From assembly GCA_046582655.1 (NCBI GenBank), contig JAYGDX010000007.1, positions 1-63,187 on the forward strand: a stretch of DNA of 63,187 nucleotides, given 5' to 3'. The position numbers and the translations under genes were made by a program. The DNA is from Candidatus Poribacteria bacterium (GTDB lineage: Bacteria; Poribacteria; WGA-4E; UBA9662). Of this stretch, positions 20,829 to 31,773 are shown in pieces. The notes under the pieces are model-generated. The model saw only the letters and a program-made list of their open reading frames with translations. It ran no database searches and had not been told where the DNA came from. Position 1 is the stretch's first letter; every line of letters begins with the position of its first letter.

Positions 20829-23393
20829 TTACAATTTGTTTTCCTTTTTTGGTGTTTCCTTTAGTAATCTAAAAGTTCCAGTGCCATTAGGGTACCTGCC
20901 AATGGAACTGTTTTCTATTTGATTACCGAATTCAACTAAGTTCAGTATCTGATTGGCGTCTGCGCTAGCATCAACCAGCATCACTGTTTCTCCATTCTTT
21001 GAGAGTTTAAAATTAGTATGAAGTCCGGGCTGATCTGTCTGATCTCCATCTGCCCAGACAATAAGATAGCCACCAGCAGACATTTTTGTGTTTTCTGGGA
21101 ATGCCCACTTAGACAAATTCTCTTTGTTGTCACTAAGGTACATTGTTGCTAGACTTACTTCTTTATCACTTCTGTTATAAAGTTCAATCCAATCATCATA
21201 TTCGCCTTGTGGATCACGTAAACTGCGGGTGTTGAATGCCATTACTTCATTAATGACAATCGGAGAATTGTTCGCTATTAATGGCATTATGCGGTAGCTA
21301 AGGGCCCCAAAATCAGCTTTAGCTGGGAGGAAAGCTATGGTCCCCAATGAGGCTAATGCGCGAGCTTCAACATAGTAATAAACTTCTGTACCCGCGGGAA
21401 AAGGAGGGATCTCACCCAGATAGGTATTATTGTGCCCACTTGCCAGCATTGTAACACTGTCAAAAGGAACATTATAATTGGAAGCATAGTATAGAATGAC
21501 GTCATCTAACTTTACTTTGGTATCAATTACAACTTTGATCAGTACTTCTTCTTGCGGTTGAGGGTCTGATTGAAGCGAAACTGATTTAATGACGGGTACT
21601 TCTTTATCAATCTCAGGGTGACTAAGGAGAAACTGACGACGTTCCTCAATAAACTGTTTAAAACTTGGAGATCTGTGTCCACCACGACCTCTACCGAAAC
21701 CAGGAGGCCCACCCAACAAGTCAGCGGATGGATCATCACGATCATCTCTGTTATCAAACCCATCTCGATTACTTGAACTATCCTCCTCGTGATCATTTTG
21801 ATCTTGACTATTGACGAAAGCCTGATAAGAATATAATTTTTTGAGGTCAGCTTTCACTGCAGCATCAATCAGGGATTGATACTCCTTAATAATAGGCTCA
21901 AGAATGCCCCAGTCCAACCATTCATCAATGATGGTCCGTACATGGTTTAGATAACGTGCTCGCAGATGCGGAGTGGACAGCAGTCGACTAATTACCGGTA
22001 GCATTTCATTATCTTCGTTGGCGATGGGGCTCAACATTCGTTGGTTATCAAAATATATGTTGGGACCTCCTCCTCCCGCATAACCAAATGTTTCGTTGTT
22101 ATCGTGGGATATCAGATGGAAACGACCTTTTGGATCAAGATAAACATTATAGTCGGCTCCTCTGCCGATATAACCGTCACCATCGATAAAAACATTATCC
22201 AGAGCGATAAACCAAAGTGCTCCATCAATGTTGAATATGGGACGCAAAGCATCTTCAAGTTGGTCATTAGGAGTTTGATCAAGAATTTTACACAGGTGAA
22301 TCAAATCCTGCCAAGCATTCTGCGGTACGGTTTTGGTCTTTAATTGATAAGCAACTTGATAATCACTGATATCCGGTCCATTCCAGACTAAAGAACCGCC
22401 TCGGCTTCCCCTACCAGGGGAAATCTTCCAGCGAACGCCATCTTTAGTTTTAAACCAATCCCAAAGAAAATCCTTATTGAATTGCTGTATATTGGGGTAT
22501 ATTCCCCAGTTTTCACCGTTAATGACAAGCCGAATAAAGTTGGCTTTGGGTGCAGGCAAGTATTGGCGGGAAATTCGGGAGTAAAGCACTTCACGAATAA
22601 AGGAGGGATCTGAAGCGGAATTCAGAAGCTTGAGTGTTTTATAACCGTAAAGGCGTTGATCTACGTGGTCATAGTCAATGGCAACATTAAAGGATTTTTT
22701 CTTTGAATCCCGTGTCATCCGGTAAGATGAGTTTCCTCGAAAACTGATACCAACTGAGGGATAGAGTTTCCCATCCACAATCAAGTCAGCTGGAACATCT
22801 ACCCCAGTCCGGTAAAAATCACTCAACTCCGCATACCAGTCAGCATTGGGGAAACGAAGATATAAAGTTCTCAGGGTCTCTTCGTCATATAGACTGACTT
22901 TTTGATTCGGTGCAGATTTCTGGCTGGTTCGTAAATCGTTTTGCTCACTCGATTTTTTTGCTGTTCCCAAAGTGATGGCCTCGCTTTGTTCCCCCCGAAT
23001 ACTTTGTACGTATTTACGAGCGGAGCTTCGTTCGTCTCCTTCCAGCTTTCCATTTTGATTGGTATCAAACCGATCAAACAATTCTTCACTATCAATTGGT
23101 GGAATCATACCCCTACCACCTCTAGGGCCACCAAAGCCACGGCCGCGGCGCATACCTCTCAAATCCTCGCGACTCAATTTTTGTCCGGTGAAGGCTTCGA
23201 GAGTAATAGCTTCAAACATTACCTCTTTTTCTTCCCGGCTGAGCTTGGCATCTCCATCAGTGTCAAAACGATCCAGATCTTGTTGATCTAGGCCCGAATC
23301 ATCTAACGGGGTTTCTTTCTGGGCATCCGGTTTTATTGTCACTGATACCAGAACTATTGTAAAAACTAGAATGCTGATTCTTCTAACTAACAT
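20829..23393 (-). CDS. Secreted CotH-kinase-family protein with EF-hand-like motifs and C-terminal lamin-tail domain
   Basis: DTDGDAKLSREE and DTNQNGKLEGDE; VGISFRGNSS, KKSF, LKLLN, REVL, WGIY; IVINEVMAFN...DDWIELYN...HTNFKLSKNGE. Confidence 0.85.
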   Translation of the reverse strand: MLVRRISILVFTIVLVSVTIKPDAQKETPLDDSGLDQQDLDRFDTDGDAKLSREEKEVMFEAITLEAFTGQKLSREDLRGMRRGRGFGGPRGGRGMIPPIDSEELFDRFDTNQNGKLEGDERSSARKYVQSIRGEQSEAITLGTAKKSSEQNDLRTSQKSAPNQKVSLYDEETLRTLYLRFPNADWYAELSDFYRTGVDVPADLIVDGKLYPSVGISFRGNSSYRMTRDSKKKSFNVAIDYDHVDQRLYGYKTLKLLNSASDPSFIREVLYSRISRQYLPAPKANFIRLVINGENWGIYPNIQQFNKDFLWDWFKTKDGVRWKISPGRGSRGGSLVWNGPDISDYQVAYQLKTKTVPQNAWQDLIHLCKILDQTPNDQLEDALRPIFNIDGALWFIALDNVFIDGDGYIGRGADYNVYLDPKGRFHLISHDNNETFGYAGGGGPNIYFDNQRMLSPIANEDNEMLPVISRLLSTPHLRARYLNHVRTIIDEWLDWGILEPIIKEYQSLIDAAVKADLKKLYSYQAFVNSQDQNDHEEDSSSNRDGFDNRDDRDDPSADLLGGPPGFGRGRGGHRSPSFKQFIEERRQFLLSHPEIDKEVPVIKSVSLQSDPQPQEEVLIKVVIDTKVKLDDVILYYASNYNVPFDSVTMLASGHNNTYLGEIPPFPAGTEVYYYVEARALASLGTIAFLPAKADFGALSYRIMPLIANNSPIVINEVMAFNTRSLRDPQGEYDDWIELYNRSDKEVSLATMYLSDNKENLSKWAFPENTKMSAGGYLIVWADGDQTDQPGLHTNFKLSKNGETVMLVDASADANQILNLVEFGNQIENSSIGRYPNGTGTFRLLKETPKKENKL

Positions 23394-23657
23394 TTTGGCT
23401 TCTCTCCTCTCAAGTAAATATTTCTATATCTCCGACGGTCTTACTAGTATATTAGACTTATGTAGACAATTATTGTTCGAAAAACTTTTCTCTTTTAGTA
23501 ATCTAGCAAAATTTAGGTACATTGAGCAATTGACGCTTTTATTCGAAGTTGCACGTGCTTCCGGAATAATCAGGTAATTTACCAAGCATAATAATGATTC
23601 CCTTCACAATTTCTGATATAATCCCATCCACTCAACTCAACTGGGAAAGTAGATAAC

Positions 23658-24389
23658 ATGATAGAAAAAAGTACAGCTGTGGCTCTGATTGGCGATCGTT
23701 ATCATAATTCGGATTACATTCGAACAGCTTTGGGAAAGACACTGGTACGGGATCTGGAATTAACAATTGATTTTACCGATGAGGTTCAGAGGTTGAATTC
23801 AGAAACCCTGAATAATTACAGGATGTTAATCGTCTTCCGTGATTCGATGATTTGGCCAAACGGTTATGGCACATCCTCAATCATCAGTGACCCACCTCTA
23901 CCCAAATACGAAAATAGATCCATTCACTGGATGACAAAAGAACAGGGACAAGCCGTCAAAGATTTTGTTAAAACGGGAGGTATGGCTCTTTTTTATCATA
24001 ACACGACCTACATCGCTGCTGGAAACGAGATATTCCAAGATGTCCTAGGAGCGACAACTGAAGGTCATCCTCCAACTCGACCGTTCAAAGTCCGAATCAC
24101 CAATCCGGATCATCCCATAACGCAAGGTGTCAACGATTTTATCGTTACCGATGAACAACATTTCATGACACTAGATACCGACCCAAAATTTGTCTTCATG
24201 GAAAGCATAAATGAAGATGGTTTAATGTATCAAGATATGGGTGCCTCATGTCACGCAGGATGGGCTTATGATTACGGTCAGGGTCGGGTATGCTACCTTG
24301 CTCCCGGACACACTATTGCGGCTCTATGGAATCCAGAGTATGAAAAAATTCAACAAAACGCAGTCCGCTGGCTGATGAAACAAATCTAG
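23658..24389 (+). CDS. ThuA-like (class I glutamine amidotransferase-like fold) protein
   Basis: HPITQGV.DF...DEQH, YGQGRVCYLAPGH. Confidence 0.85.
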   Translation: MIEKSTAVALIGDRYHNSDYIRTALGKTLVRDLELTIDFTDEVQRLNSETLNNYRMLIVFRDSMIWPNGYGTSSIISDPPLPKYENRSIHWMTKEQGQAVKDFVKTGGMALFYHNTTYIAAGNEIFQDVLGATTEGHPPTRPFKVRITNPDHPITQGVNDFIVTDEQHFMTLDTDPKFVFMESINEDGLMYQDMGASCHAGWAYDYGQGRVCYLAPGHTIAALWNPEYEKIQQNAVRWLMKQI

Positions 24390-24668
24390 CTGTTCACTGA
24401 CTAAATTAGAATTCGGAATCGTTATCAATTCCCAACACAGTTTTTCTTGAATCTAAAAAGCATTAAATGTAAATACTATTTGCTCAAATCAATGCTTAGT
24501 CGAAACGAGATATCTTGATTCCAAACGCCACTGGTATCAGAAAGATTGCTGCTACTTTATTGAGTACCATTATTTAATCACCATCCCAAATTTTATCAGC
24601 AACTGACGCAAAAATTGATTTTATAGCGAAAAATGGCGTATTGATCTTAAATAACTAGGAGAAAATAA

Positions 24669-25619
24669 ATGAATCGAGAAGCGACAATTTCGTTAGTCAG
24701 TTTTCCTCCTTTATCAAGCGATGAATCTGACCGATTAAACAAAACACTGGTCAGAATGGGACAGTATATCGATCACGCTGCCAAGCTAAGAAGTGATTTG
24801 GTCGCTTTTCCGGAAATCTGCAACTACCTAGGTGACAAAGATCCGTGGCAATTTGAACCACTTGATGGACCAACAGTAACTGCTATGTCGCAAAAGGCTA
24901 GAGAACATAGTCTTTATGTGGTTTGTCCGCTAGGAACCATTGAGAATGGGACTAGATATAATAGTTCCGTTTTGATCGATCGAGACGGTCAGATCGCCGG
25001 CGTCTACCACAAGAATTTTCCTACACATGGTGAATTGAATATCGGGATTATACCGGGAACAGAAGCACTTGCTTTCCAGACCGACTTCGGTCGGGTAGGA
25101 CTCAGTATCTGTTTTGATATCAATTACTGGGAGGTCGGCTCACAACTATGTAAAAACAGATCTGAACTGGTTATATGGTCGTCGATGTGGCAGGGCCAAC
25201 GAATGTTGACCAAGTGGGCGATTGAGTTTGGCTTTTATATCGGGGCAACCTATTCTCAGCAATCCACATTTGTAGATATAGCTGGTCGAGAAATCGTGGC
25301 TGTTAATCGCAACATCAGTGATACGACTGGCAGTTCGCCGGTGACATCGGCCAAGTTGGATTTTGATCGGCGGTTACTACATCCTGATGAGAATATTGGA
25401 CGGTTACAAAAACTGTATCAGAAGTACGGAAGTACCGCTGCCTATTGTGAGTGGCTACCACAAGAGTGCCTGATAGTTTTTGGATCCCAACTCCCTGATG
25501 TGTCAAGCGATGATCTAATCGACGAGTTCAACATCGAAAGCATGCGGAACTACCTGGCACGTGTGCGACGAGATCGTCAGTTGGCTCTCAACGGCAAATA
25601 CGCAGCCAAATCCGCATGA
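24669..25619 (+). CDS. Carbon-nitrogen hydrolase (nitrilase superfamily)
   Basis: LVAFPE, YNS, YHK, GLSICFD (E-K-C triad). Confidence 0.9.
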   Translation: MNREATISLVSFPPLSSDESDRLNKTLVRMGQYIDHAAKLRSDLVAFPEICNYLGDKDPWQFEPLDGPTVTAMSQKAREHSLYVVCPLGTIENGTRYNSSVLIDRDGQIAGVYHKNFPTHGELNIGIIPGTEALAFQTDFGRVGLSICFDINYWEVGSQLCKNRSELVIWSSMWQGQRMLTKWAIEFGFYIGATYSQQSTFVDIAGREIVAVNRNISDTTGSSPVTSAKLDFDRRLLHPDENIGRLQKLYQKYGSTAAYCEWLPQECLIVFGSQLPDVSSDDLIDEFNIESMRNYLARVRRDRQLALNGKYAAKSA

Positions 25620-25675
25620 AACTTCAAAATTGAAACTCTAGAATCAATGAAATTCAGCACTGAAAAGGCATGATT

Positions 25676-26620
25676 CTAGTATCCTTTGTGCTTGTCGATC
25701 ACACTCAATAGTGGCTTGTTAGTCATAAACAGTTCCAGACTTCGACAGAAAAGTTCAACTGTTCTGTCCAAACGAATCGGGGAACCTCCCGCCACGTGAG
25801 GAGTGATAATCACGTTCGGCATATCCCAGAGCGGGTTGTCTGCCGGAAGCGGTTCTTCTGGGGTGACGTCGAGGCCTGCACCGCCAATTAATCCTTCGTT
25901 CAAGGCGCGAATTAAATCTGATCCATCCACAATTTTACCGCGTGTAACGTTGATCAACAGTGCATGCTGCTTCATCTTCTGAAAAGCTGGGTAGTTGAAC
26001 ATCTTCTCTGTTTCTCTAGTTAGAGGTGCACATATAGAGACCACATCCGATTCCTCCAGGAGATCATGGAATCGTCCCATCGGCCAGACAGATTTAACAA
26101 ATGGAGGAGGTTCCAAGTCTTCTGGATCGACGGCGATCGTCTCCATCTCAAATCCTTGCGCTCGTCTGGCCACTTCGATGCCAGTACCGCCAAGTCCGAC
26201 GATGCCAAGTGTCCGACCGCTCAATTCCCAGGTGGCTTGGCGAATCGGCATTCGGTTGTCCCATATTCGTTCACGTACCGCTCGACCAATCCCCCTCAAC
26301 AGACCGAGCAACAAAGCCCAAGCCTGATCGGCCAGATGAGTACCAACGACACCTTTTGCGCTGGTCAGAATAACGTCGCTTTCAACTAACTCTGGAAACA
26401 GAACGCCATCTACACCGGCGCCGAGAACCTGCAACCATTTGAGTTGTTGGGCCTCTTCAAAGAGGGATGGATTCAAACCGCCGAAGATAATATCCGTATC
26501 AACGACTTCTCGCAAAAGTTGCTGATGATTTTGAGGTTGCACAATCCGAATCTGGTCGGAAGTTGACTGGATTCGCTGACGGTGCTCAGCTGTAATAGCT
26601 GTGTTAATTAAGATTTTCAT
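25676..26620 (-). CDS. D-2-hydroxyacid dehydrogenase (NAD-binding)
   Basis: GIVGLGGTG, LINVTRG, GAGLDVT..EPLP, ITPHVAG. Confidence 0.92.
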   Translation of the reverse strand: MKILINTAITAEHRQRIQSTSDQIRIVQPQNHQQLLREVVDTDIIFGGLNPSLFEEAQQLKWLQVLGAGVDGVLFPELVESDVILTSAKGVVGTHLADQAWALLLGLLRGIGRAVRERIWDNRMPIRQATWELSGRTLGIVGLGGTGIEVARRAQGFEMETIAVDPEDLEPPPFVKSVWPMGRFHDLLEESDVVSICAPLTRETEKMFNYPAFQKMKQHALLINVTRGKIVDGSDLIRALNEGLIGGAGLDVTPEEPLPADNPLWDMPNVIITPHVAGGSPIRLDRTVELFCRSLELFMTNKPLLSVIDKHKGY

Positions 26621-26636
26621 TCGTGGCCTCCGTTCA

Positions 26637-27896
26637 TCAGTTGTCCTGTACAGGGACCTGAATCCCTGCACAGGGAAAGACTGCTACTTTAGGGTTGTCA
26701 GGTAACTTTTCAGCTACCGCTTCTACCAACGTATTCCACTGACGAAACAGAAGATCGCTGGAATGCTTTTTATAGAAATCACTAACTGGAAAATGTTCAG
26801 AGCAAACCAAGAGTTGATCAGGAGAATGGATCTTTGGTTCTGTGAAAACCATCGGTTCCTGCTTTGATTTTTGGTCAACAAAACGAGCATAGTCTACTTG
26901 ATCAAAAAGACCATGGTAACAAATACCATCGCTGGCTGGATTAATAGCGATTGTGTAATTATTGGTGAAGTGATTTCTCACCCACAAAGCCTTGGCAGTC
27001 TGAATCGGATCCGAGTCCAGTGGGTAACAGTTCAAAACCACAAGATCAGTTTTCTGACTAATTTTCTCTGGGATTTTCGTCCCATAGGTTTCTAAGGCCA
27101 ACTTCGCTCCCATGCGATGGGCTTTAACATAATCACCAACGAAGACACCCGCTACCTCCCGCTTGCTGTTAATAACAATGTTAACAATGACGTCAAGACC
27201 AAGGATTCCAGCCACGGCTTCAGCCGCGTCTCGATGATCTGGGTTACTGCTTTGCCTTTCGATAACAGCATGACCACGTGACGGACAAAAGGTATGGAAA
27301 TAGAACATAGTAGCAAACCCGGCGACACCTGGTACAATTAACTTGGCTCCACCACCGAAACCAACGGATCCGTGCGGATAAATACCACCCAAGCATATCT
27401 TCAAATCTGCATCTGCCACCACACGATTAATATATATCGGCATACCGTTCGGTAGATTACCGAATGCTCGAAGATCTCCCGACATAAAATCATGGCAAGT
27501 TACCTGATATTCTCTGGCAATGTTTGCACCGACTTTTTTAGCGATTTCTTCAGGGGTCAGGGCACGATGCGATCCACCACCTACAACAAAACGTATTTCA
27601 TCCTTGGGGATATCTTTCAACTCTTGCAAAAGGAAAGGAATAATTTCTGCCACCGGAGTGGGGCGACTGAGGTCATCAATAACAATAACAGCATTTTTTC
27701 TGCCAGTTGCTATTTCCGAGATACGAGGTGTGCCAATGGGTAGGGATAAAGCTTCTTCAATTTCAGTTGCTGTTAACTTTGGAGCATCCTGAGGAGCAAC
27801 AGTATTAACTTCCCAACCTTCAGGAAACCTTAATGTGATCCTTTCATCCCCATACCAAGCTTTTGACTGCATCTTTGCATAGTTTACGGCGGCCAT
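26637..27896 (-). CDS. LarA-family (nickel-pincer-dependent lactate racemase domain) protein
   Basis: IDDLSRPTP, GGGSHR, PHGSVGFGGGAKLIVPG. Confidence 0.8.
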   Translation of the reverse strand: MAAVNYAKMQSKAWYGDERITLRFPEGWEVNTVAPQDAPKLTATEIEEALSLPIGTPRISEIATGRKNAVIVIDDLSRPTPVAEIIPFLLQELKDIPKDEIRFVVGGGSHRALTPEEIAKKVGANIAREYQVTCHDFMSGDLRAFGNLPNGMPIYINRVVADADLKICLGGIYPHGSVGFGGGAKLIVPGVAGFATMFYFHTFCPSRGHAVIERQSSNPDHRDAAEAVAGILGLDVIVNIVINSKREVAGVFVGDYVKAHRMGAKLALETYGTKIPEKISQKTDLVVLNCYPLDSDPIQTAKALWVRNHFTNNYTIAINPASDGICYHGLFDQVDYARFVDQKSKQEPMVFTEPKIHSPDQLLVCSEHFPVSDFYKKHSSDLLFRQWNTLVEAVAEKLPDNPKVAVFPCAGIQVPVQDN

Positions 27897-27951
27897 ACCA
27901 ATTTTCTTTATCCCTCCAATTTTGTTAATGGTTGTACAGCTAGTTTTTACC

Positions 27952-28760
27952 TTAGGTTAGTTCAGCGCTGAGAGAATCCTCCGCAGTTTGTCGCCCTTCT
28001 TGATAAATTTCCTTCAACTTAAAAATATCCGAAGCCGTGTAATCGTGTAGTTGAGGCGTAATGATTTGTACTCTGTCATCTTTGGGAAAATGAATTTGCT
28101 GATTTGACAGGTAAATTCTAAGAACACGCTCAAACACATATTTGACGTTATTTGCTTTCCAATTTGGCTTATGATCAGAAAATGTAAAATCTGCTTTCAA
28201 GCTACTAGCGACATCCACTCCAATAATATTGTTTCCCGAATACTGTCTAATCGCGTTATCCAGAGGAAAGCTTTGTGATAACCCGCCGTCAACTAACCAT
28301 TTTCCCTCTACAGGATGAAAGTAGGGGCGAATAGGACAGGTACGGAGATTGAGAGCTCGAATTGCGTCTACTAGACTTCCTTTTGCAATTATCACTCTTT
28401 GACCATTTGAAAAGTCTGTCGCTCCAACAGCCAAAGGGACTTCTAGATCCTCAATTTTCTGGTCCCCAGAGGCTATTTAAACAGCTTAATAACCTTATCT
28501 CCTTGGATCAAACCGAACCGACTTTTTGAAATATCAAACATGGTTGAAAAGATATTCGTTTTCTCAACAATCTCCCAAATTTCATCCGCACTGTAACCTA
28601 CGGCAAGTAAGCCGATAATAATAGATCCAGCTGAGACACCACTATAAAAATCGAATTCATATCCTTGTTTCTCCAGAATCTTAACAACACCAATATGTGC
28701 TGCACCAAGAGCACCTCCTCCTGAAAGGACTAGAGCCGTTTTTTGTTTCTGATTAGTCAC
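27952..28760 (-). pseudogene. Patatin-like phospholipase, frameshifted near 28473
   Basis: LSGGGALGAAHIG and GVSAG in 28473..28760; KIEDLEVPLAVGATD and LVDGG in the next frame. Confidence 0.85.
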
Positions 28761-29207
28761 AATAACAAGCTATCCAGATATTTATAATTCGGTTATAAAA
28801 CCACGGATACTAAGGTTTCCAAACTATTTCTGATAATTCCCATGAACGGAGAATTTCGATCGGTGGAAGTACACCATCTGGCCCATGCCATTTCCCTGCA
28901 AAAACATACATAATGCGCTTTGATCCAAGTGCGAAGCAGATGACTTTCCCTGATTGCTCTCCTACACCCGGAGGACAATTCGTGTCCAGTTGATTGCCAT
29001 AGACTGCATGATAAGTAGAACCAAGATTAGCTCCTAATTCATTCTTTACTGTTTTACTCTTGATTCCGACGCTAAATATGCGTTGATAATCACTAGTCGG
29101 ATTAATACTAATATATCCTGACCATCTTTTCTAATGCGGAATATTGGAAACAGTTCACCTTCAGTACTACGGGTGTCTTTGACAATATCGGAATTTGGAA
29201 ACAACTG

Positions 29208-29870
29208 CTAGATTTGGTCTTCTCTGAAAGGCGTATTAGGTTTAAGCCCTCCCAAACGTGCTTCAGAAACAGCCAATTGGGTTGTCTTATCAGCTGATTC
29301 TCGCAGGAGTTTGTTAATTTGTGTCTTCAATTCCTTATAATTCTGTTGACATTGCTGATGGGATTTACTACCTCCTTGATGGTATCCACCTCCCAGATGA
29401 ATGTAACAAATTTCCCTTTTCTGATCAATCAAGAAACTGGTGGATGACCGGCGACGCACGTTTACATCCAACCAATATTTTTGTAGTGTTTTCCCGTCTA
29501 CATCGACAGCCACTGGAAATTTAAACCCTAGCCGATTTGCAACTTGAGTGATTTCATCAAGAGTCCTGAAACGGAAGGGGTTCGGATAGTATATACCAAT
29601 AACCATCAAGTCTTCCTGGCTGAAAACTTGATGGAACTCGTTTAGTGCTTCAGAACTGCGTTTGCAAAACGGAATGACTTCAGTCCACCACTGAATCAGC
29701 AATACCTTTTTTGTAAGATTACCTAGTTGTAATGGATCGGAATTGACCCATCTCAGTTTGCTCCAATCAGGAGCTGGTTTCCCAAGAAGCTGATCTCCCC
29801 CTTCGGTAATTGTTTGCTAAGGGATTACTAACAAAACATACAAAACAATGATGTAAGATACCTTCGACAC
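29208..29870 (-). pseudogene. TlpA/redoxin-like protein with in-frame TAG (29817-29819) and degenerate CxxC
   Basis: VSKVSYIIVLYVLLVIP*QTITEGGDQLLGKPAPDW...KVLLIQWWTEVIPFC...FPVAVD. Confidence 0.7.
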
Positions 29871-29893
29871 TGCTAAATACCTGACAAAATCGA

Positions 29894-31528
29894 TTAAAAT
29901 TTTGCTTTTCGAAGTGGTTCGGACTGTAACCAGCCGATGATATCAATCAGGTTATCTTGTTTATCTTGCATTGGAACCTCAATTACAGCTGGTGAGTTAG
30001 AGGCCAATGCTTCCTTCAGAATCCCCTCAAAGTTAACTAAATCGTTGACTCTGGTTGCATAGGCACCAAAAGATTTCGCAAACTGGATAAAATCCGGGTT
30101 GTACAGATCAGTATCAATTGTCCGACCATCACAGCCTTTTTGCTGAGAACCTTTTATTGCTGTTAAGGCACCATCGTTAACAACAATTGTGACCACATTA
30201 ACACCGTACATCATGGCTGTAGCCAACTCTGAAACCCCCATCATGAACCCCCCATCACCAGTAAAACAGACAACAGGTTTGTCAGGATTAGCGATTTTGG
30301 CACCGATGGCGGCAGGGAATGCGTAACCCAAAGTAACCCCAATACAGGGATAGAGAAAAGTCTGTGGATGAGCAACAGGAAACTCAGTGAATGAGGCATA
30401 ACCAATTGAGTGAACATCTACTGCAACAATAGCATCTTCAGGTAAAACCCGACGGAGCTCAGGCAGAATCGGCAAACGGGACTGCGTGGCGAATTCTTCT
30501 CGAATTGAAGGCAAAACATGGTCCCAGTCATCTTTGCTCGCTTCAATTTGGTCAGTCAATACTTGTAGGCTTGACCTCAAATCTCCAATAATACCAAGAT
30601 CACATTGATACTCACGACCAATTTCTGCAGGGTCTTCATCAATCTGAATCAAGGGCCGAGGCGGTTCAAAAGACCAGCTCCTGGTATCAATCGAAGTGAA
30701 GCGGCAACCAATGGCCAAGGTACAGTCTGCCATTTGCATAGCTTGTTTTGCCTGAAACCCACTGATATTCTGAAGTGCCAGAGGATGACCTTCATTTAAC
30801 GCCCCCTTAGCACATCGCGTCACTGCCACTGGAACATTCAGTTTTTCCGCTAAATTTCGTAATTCATTCATGGCACAGGAATGAACAACTGCGGATCCGG
30901 CTAGTATGATCGGTCTCGATGCTTGTTCCACTTGTTGAATCACTGATTGGATGTCATCCGATTTTGCTGGTTCTTTGAAGTGTCGTTGGACACGATTGGG
31001 AATGGTTACTTTATCTTCTCCAGTAATCACATCCATAGGGAACTCTAACATTGTGGGACCCGGACGTCCTGTTCTCATAGCCTGGAACGCGTTTTCCACA
31101 ACAATCGGTATATCCGCTATTGTCCCAGCAATGGCACAATACTTGGTAATGGGTTCGAAAAAACGCATCTGGTCCAACCCATGAAACATTTTGCTAGAAT
31201 CTCTGCTATACAGACTTGAATCGCTTTGACCAGTAATCAATAATACGGGGACACAATCGGTAAATGCTTCGAGTAAACCAGTTGAAGCGTTGCTAGCACC
31301 AGGACCAGGCACTGTTAGTGCCACGCCAACCTCTCCTGAGGAACGGGCATAGCCATCTGCCATCAGGGTAGCAGCGTTTTCATGACGCACCAAATAGTGG
31401 CTGATTGTATCTGATCCCCGACGAAGCAAGGAATCGTAGATCTGTATGTTTTGCGTGCCTGGCATGCCAAAAATGTGTTGGACACCTTGTGCTTTTAGAC
31501 ATTCAATTAGGATATCTCCGCCCTTCAT
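29894..31528 (-). CDS. Thiamine-diphosphate-dependent enzyme (acetolactate synthase large subunit-like)
   Basis: IFGMPG, VRHE, ADGYAR, PGPG, GDGGFMM...VVND. Confidence 0.9.
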   Translation of the reverse strand: MKGGDILIECLKAQGVQHIFGMPGTQNIQIYDSLLRRGSDTISHYLVRHENAATLMADGYARSSGEVGVALTVPGPGASNASTGLLEAFTDCVPVLLITGQSDSSLYSRDSSKMFHGLDQMRFFEPITKYCAIAGTIADIPIVVENAFQAMRTGRPGPTMLEFPMDVITGEDKVTIPNRVQRHFKEPAKSDDIQSVIQQVEQASRPIILAGSAVVHSCAMNELRNLAEKLNVPVAVTRCAKGALNEGHPLALQNISGFQAKQAMQMADCTLAIGCRFTSIDTRSWSFEPPRPLIQIDEDPAEIGREYQCDLGIIGDLRSSLQVLTDQIEASKDDWDHVLPSIREEFATQSRLPILPELRRVLPEDAIVAVDVHSIGYASFTEFPVAHPQTFLYPCIGVTLGYAFPAAIGAKIANPDKPVVCFTGDGGFMMGVSELATAMMYGVNVVTIVVNDGALTAIKGSQQKGCDGRTIDTDLYNPDFIQFAKSFGAYATRVNDLVNFEGILKEALASNSPAVIEVPMQDKQDNLIDIIGWLQSEPLRKAKF

Positions 31529-31773
31529 TGGTCAATTCTCTCTGGTTTCTTATCTATTTGGTTATAAATTCGGATAATAGTTGATTATAGCAAAACTATG
31601 GGAAAGTATCAATTGGAGAGAATATTTGAAAATTATCCCGGTGTATCTACCAAAATTTATATTGTAATGGCTATTGTTGTATTGTATGATGCCGCACAGT
31701 GTGTAAGCAGCATCATACGAGAGTAGGTCTACGACGTTCAAATTTGTATTTATGATTTAAAGGAAAGCTAATT

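Noticed and set aside
29817..29819. TAG read-through (pyrrolysine or recoding) in the redoxin gene
   Set aside because: The gene has also lost the first CxxC cysteine and TAG is a normal stop elsewhere in the window; decay is the simpler explanation.
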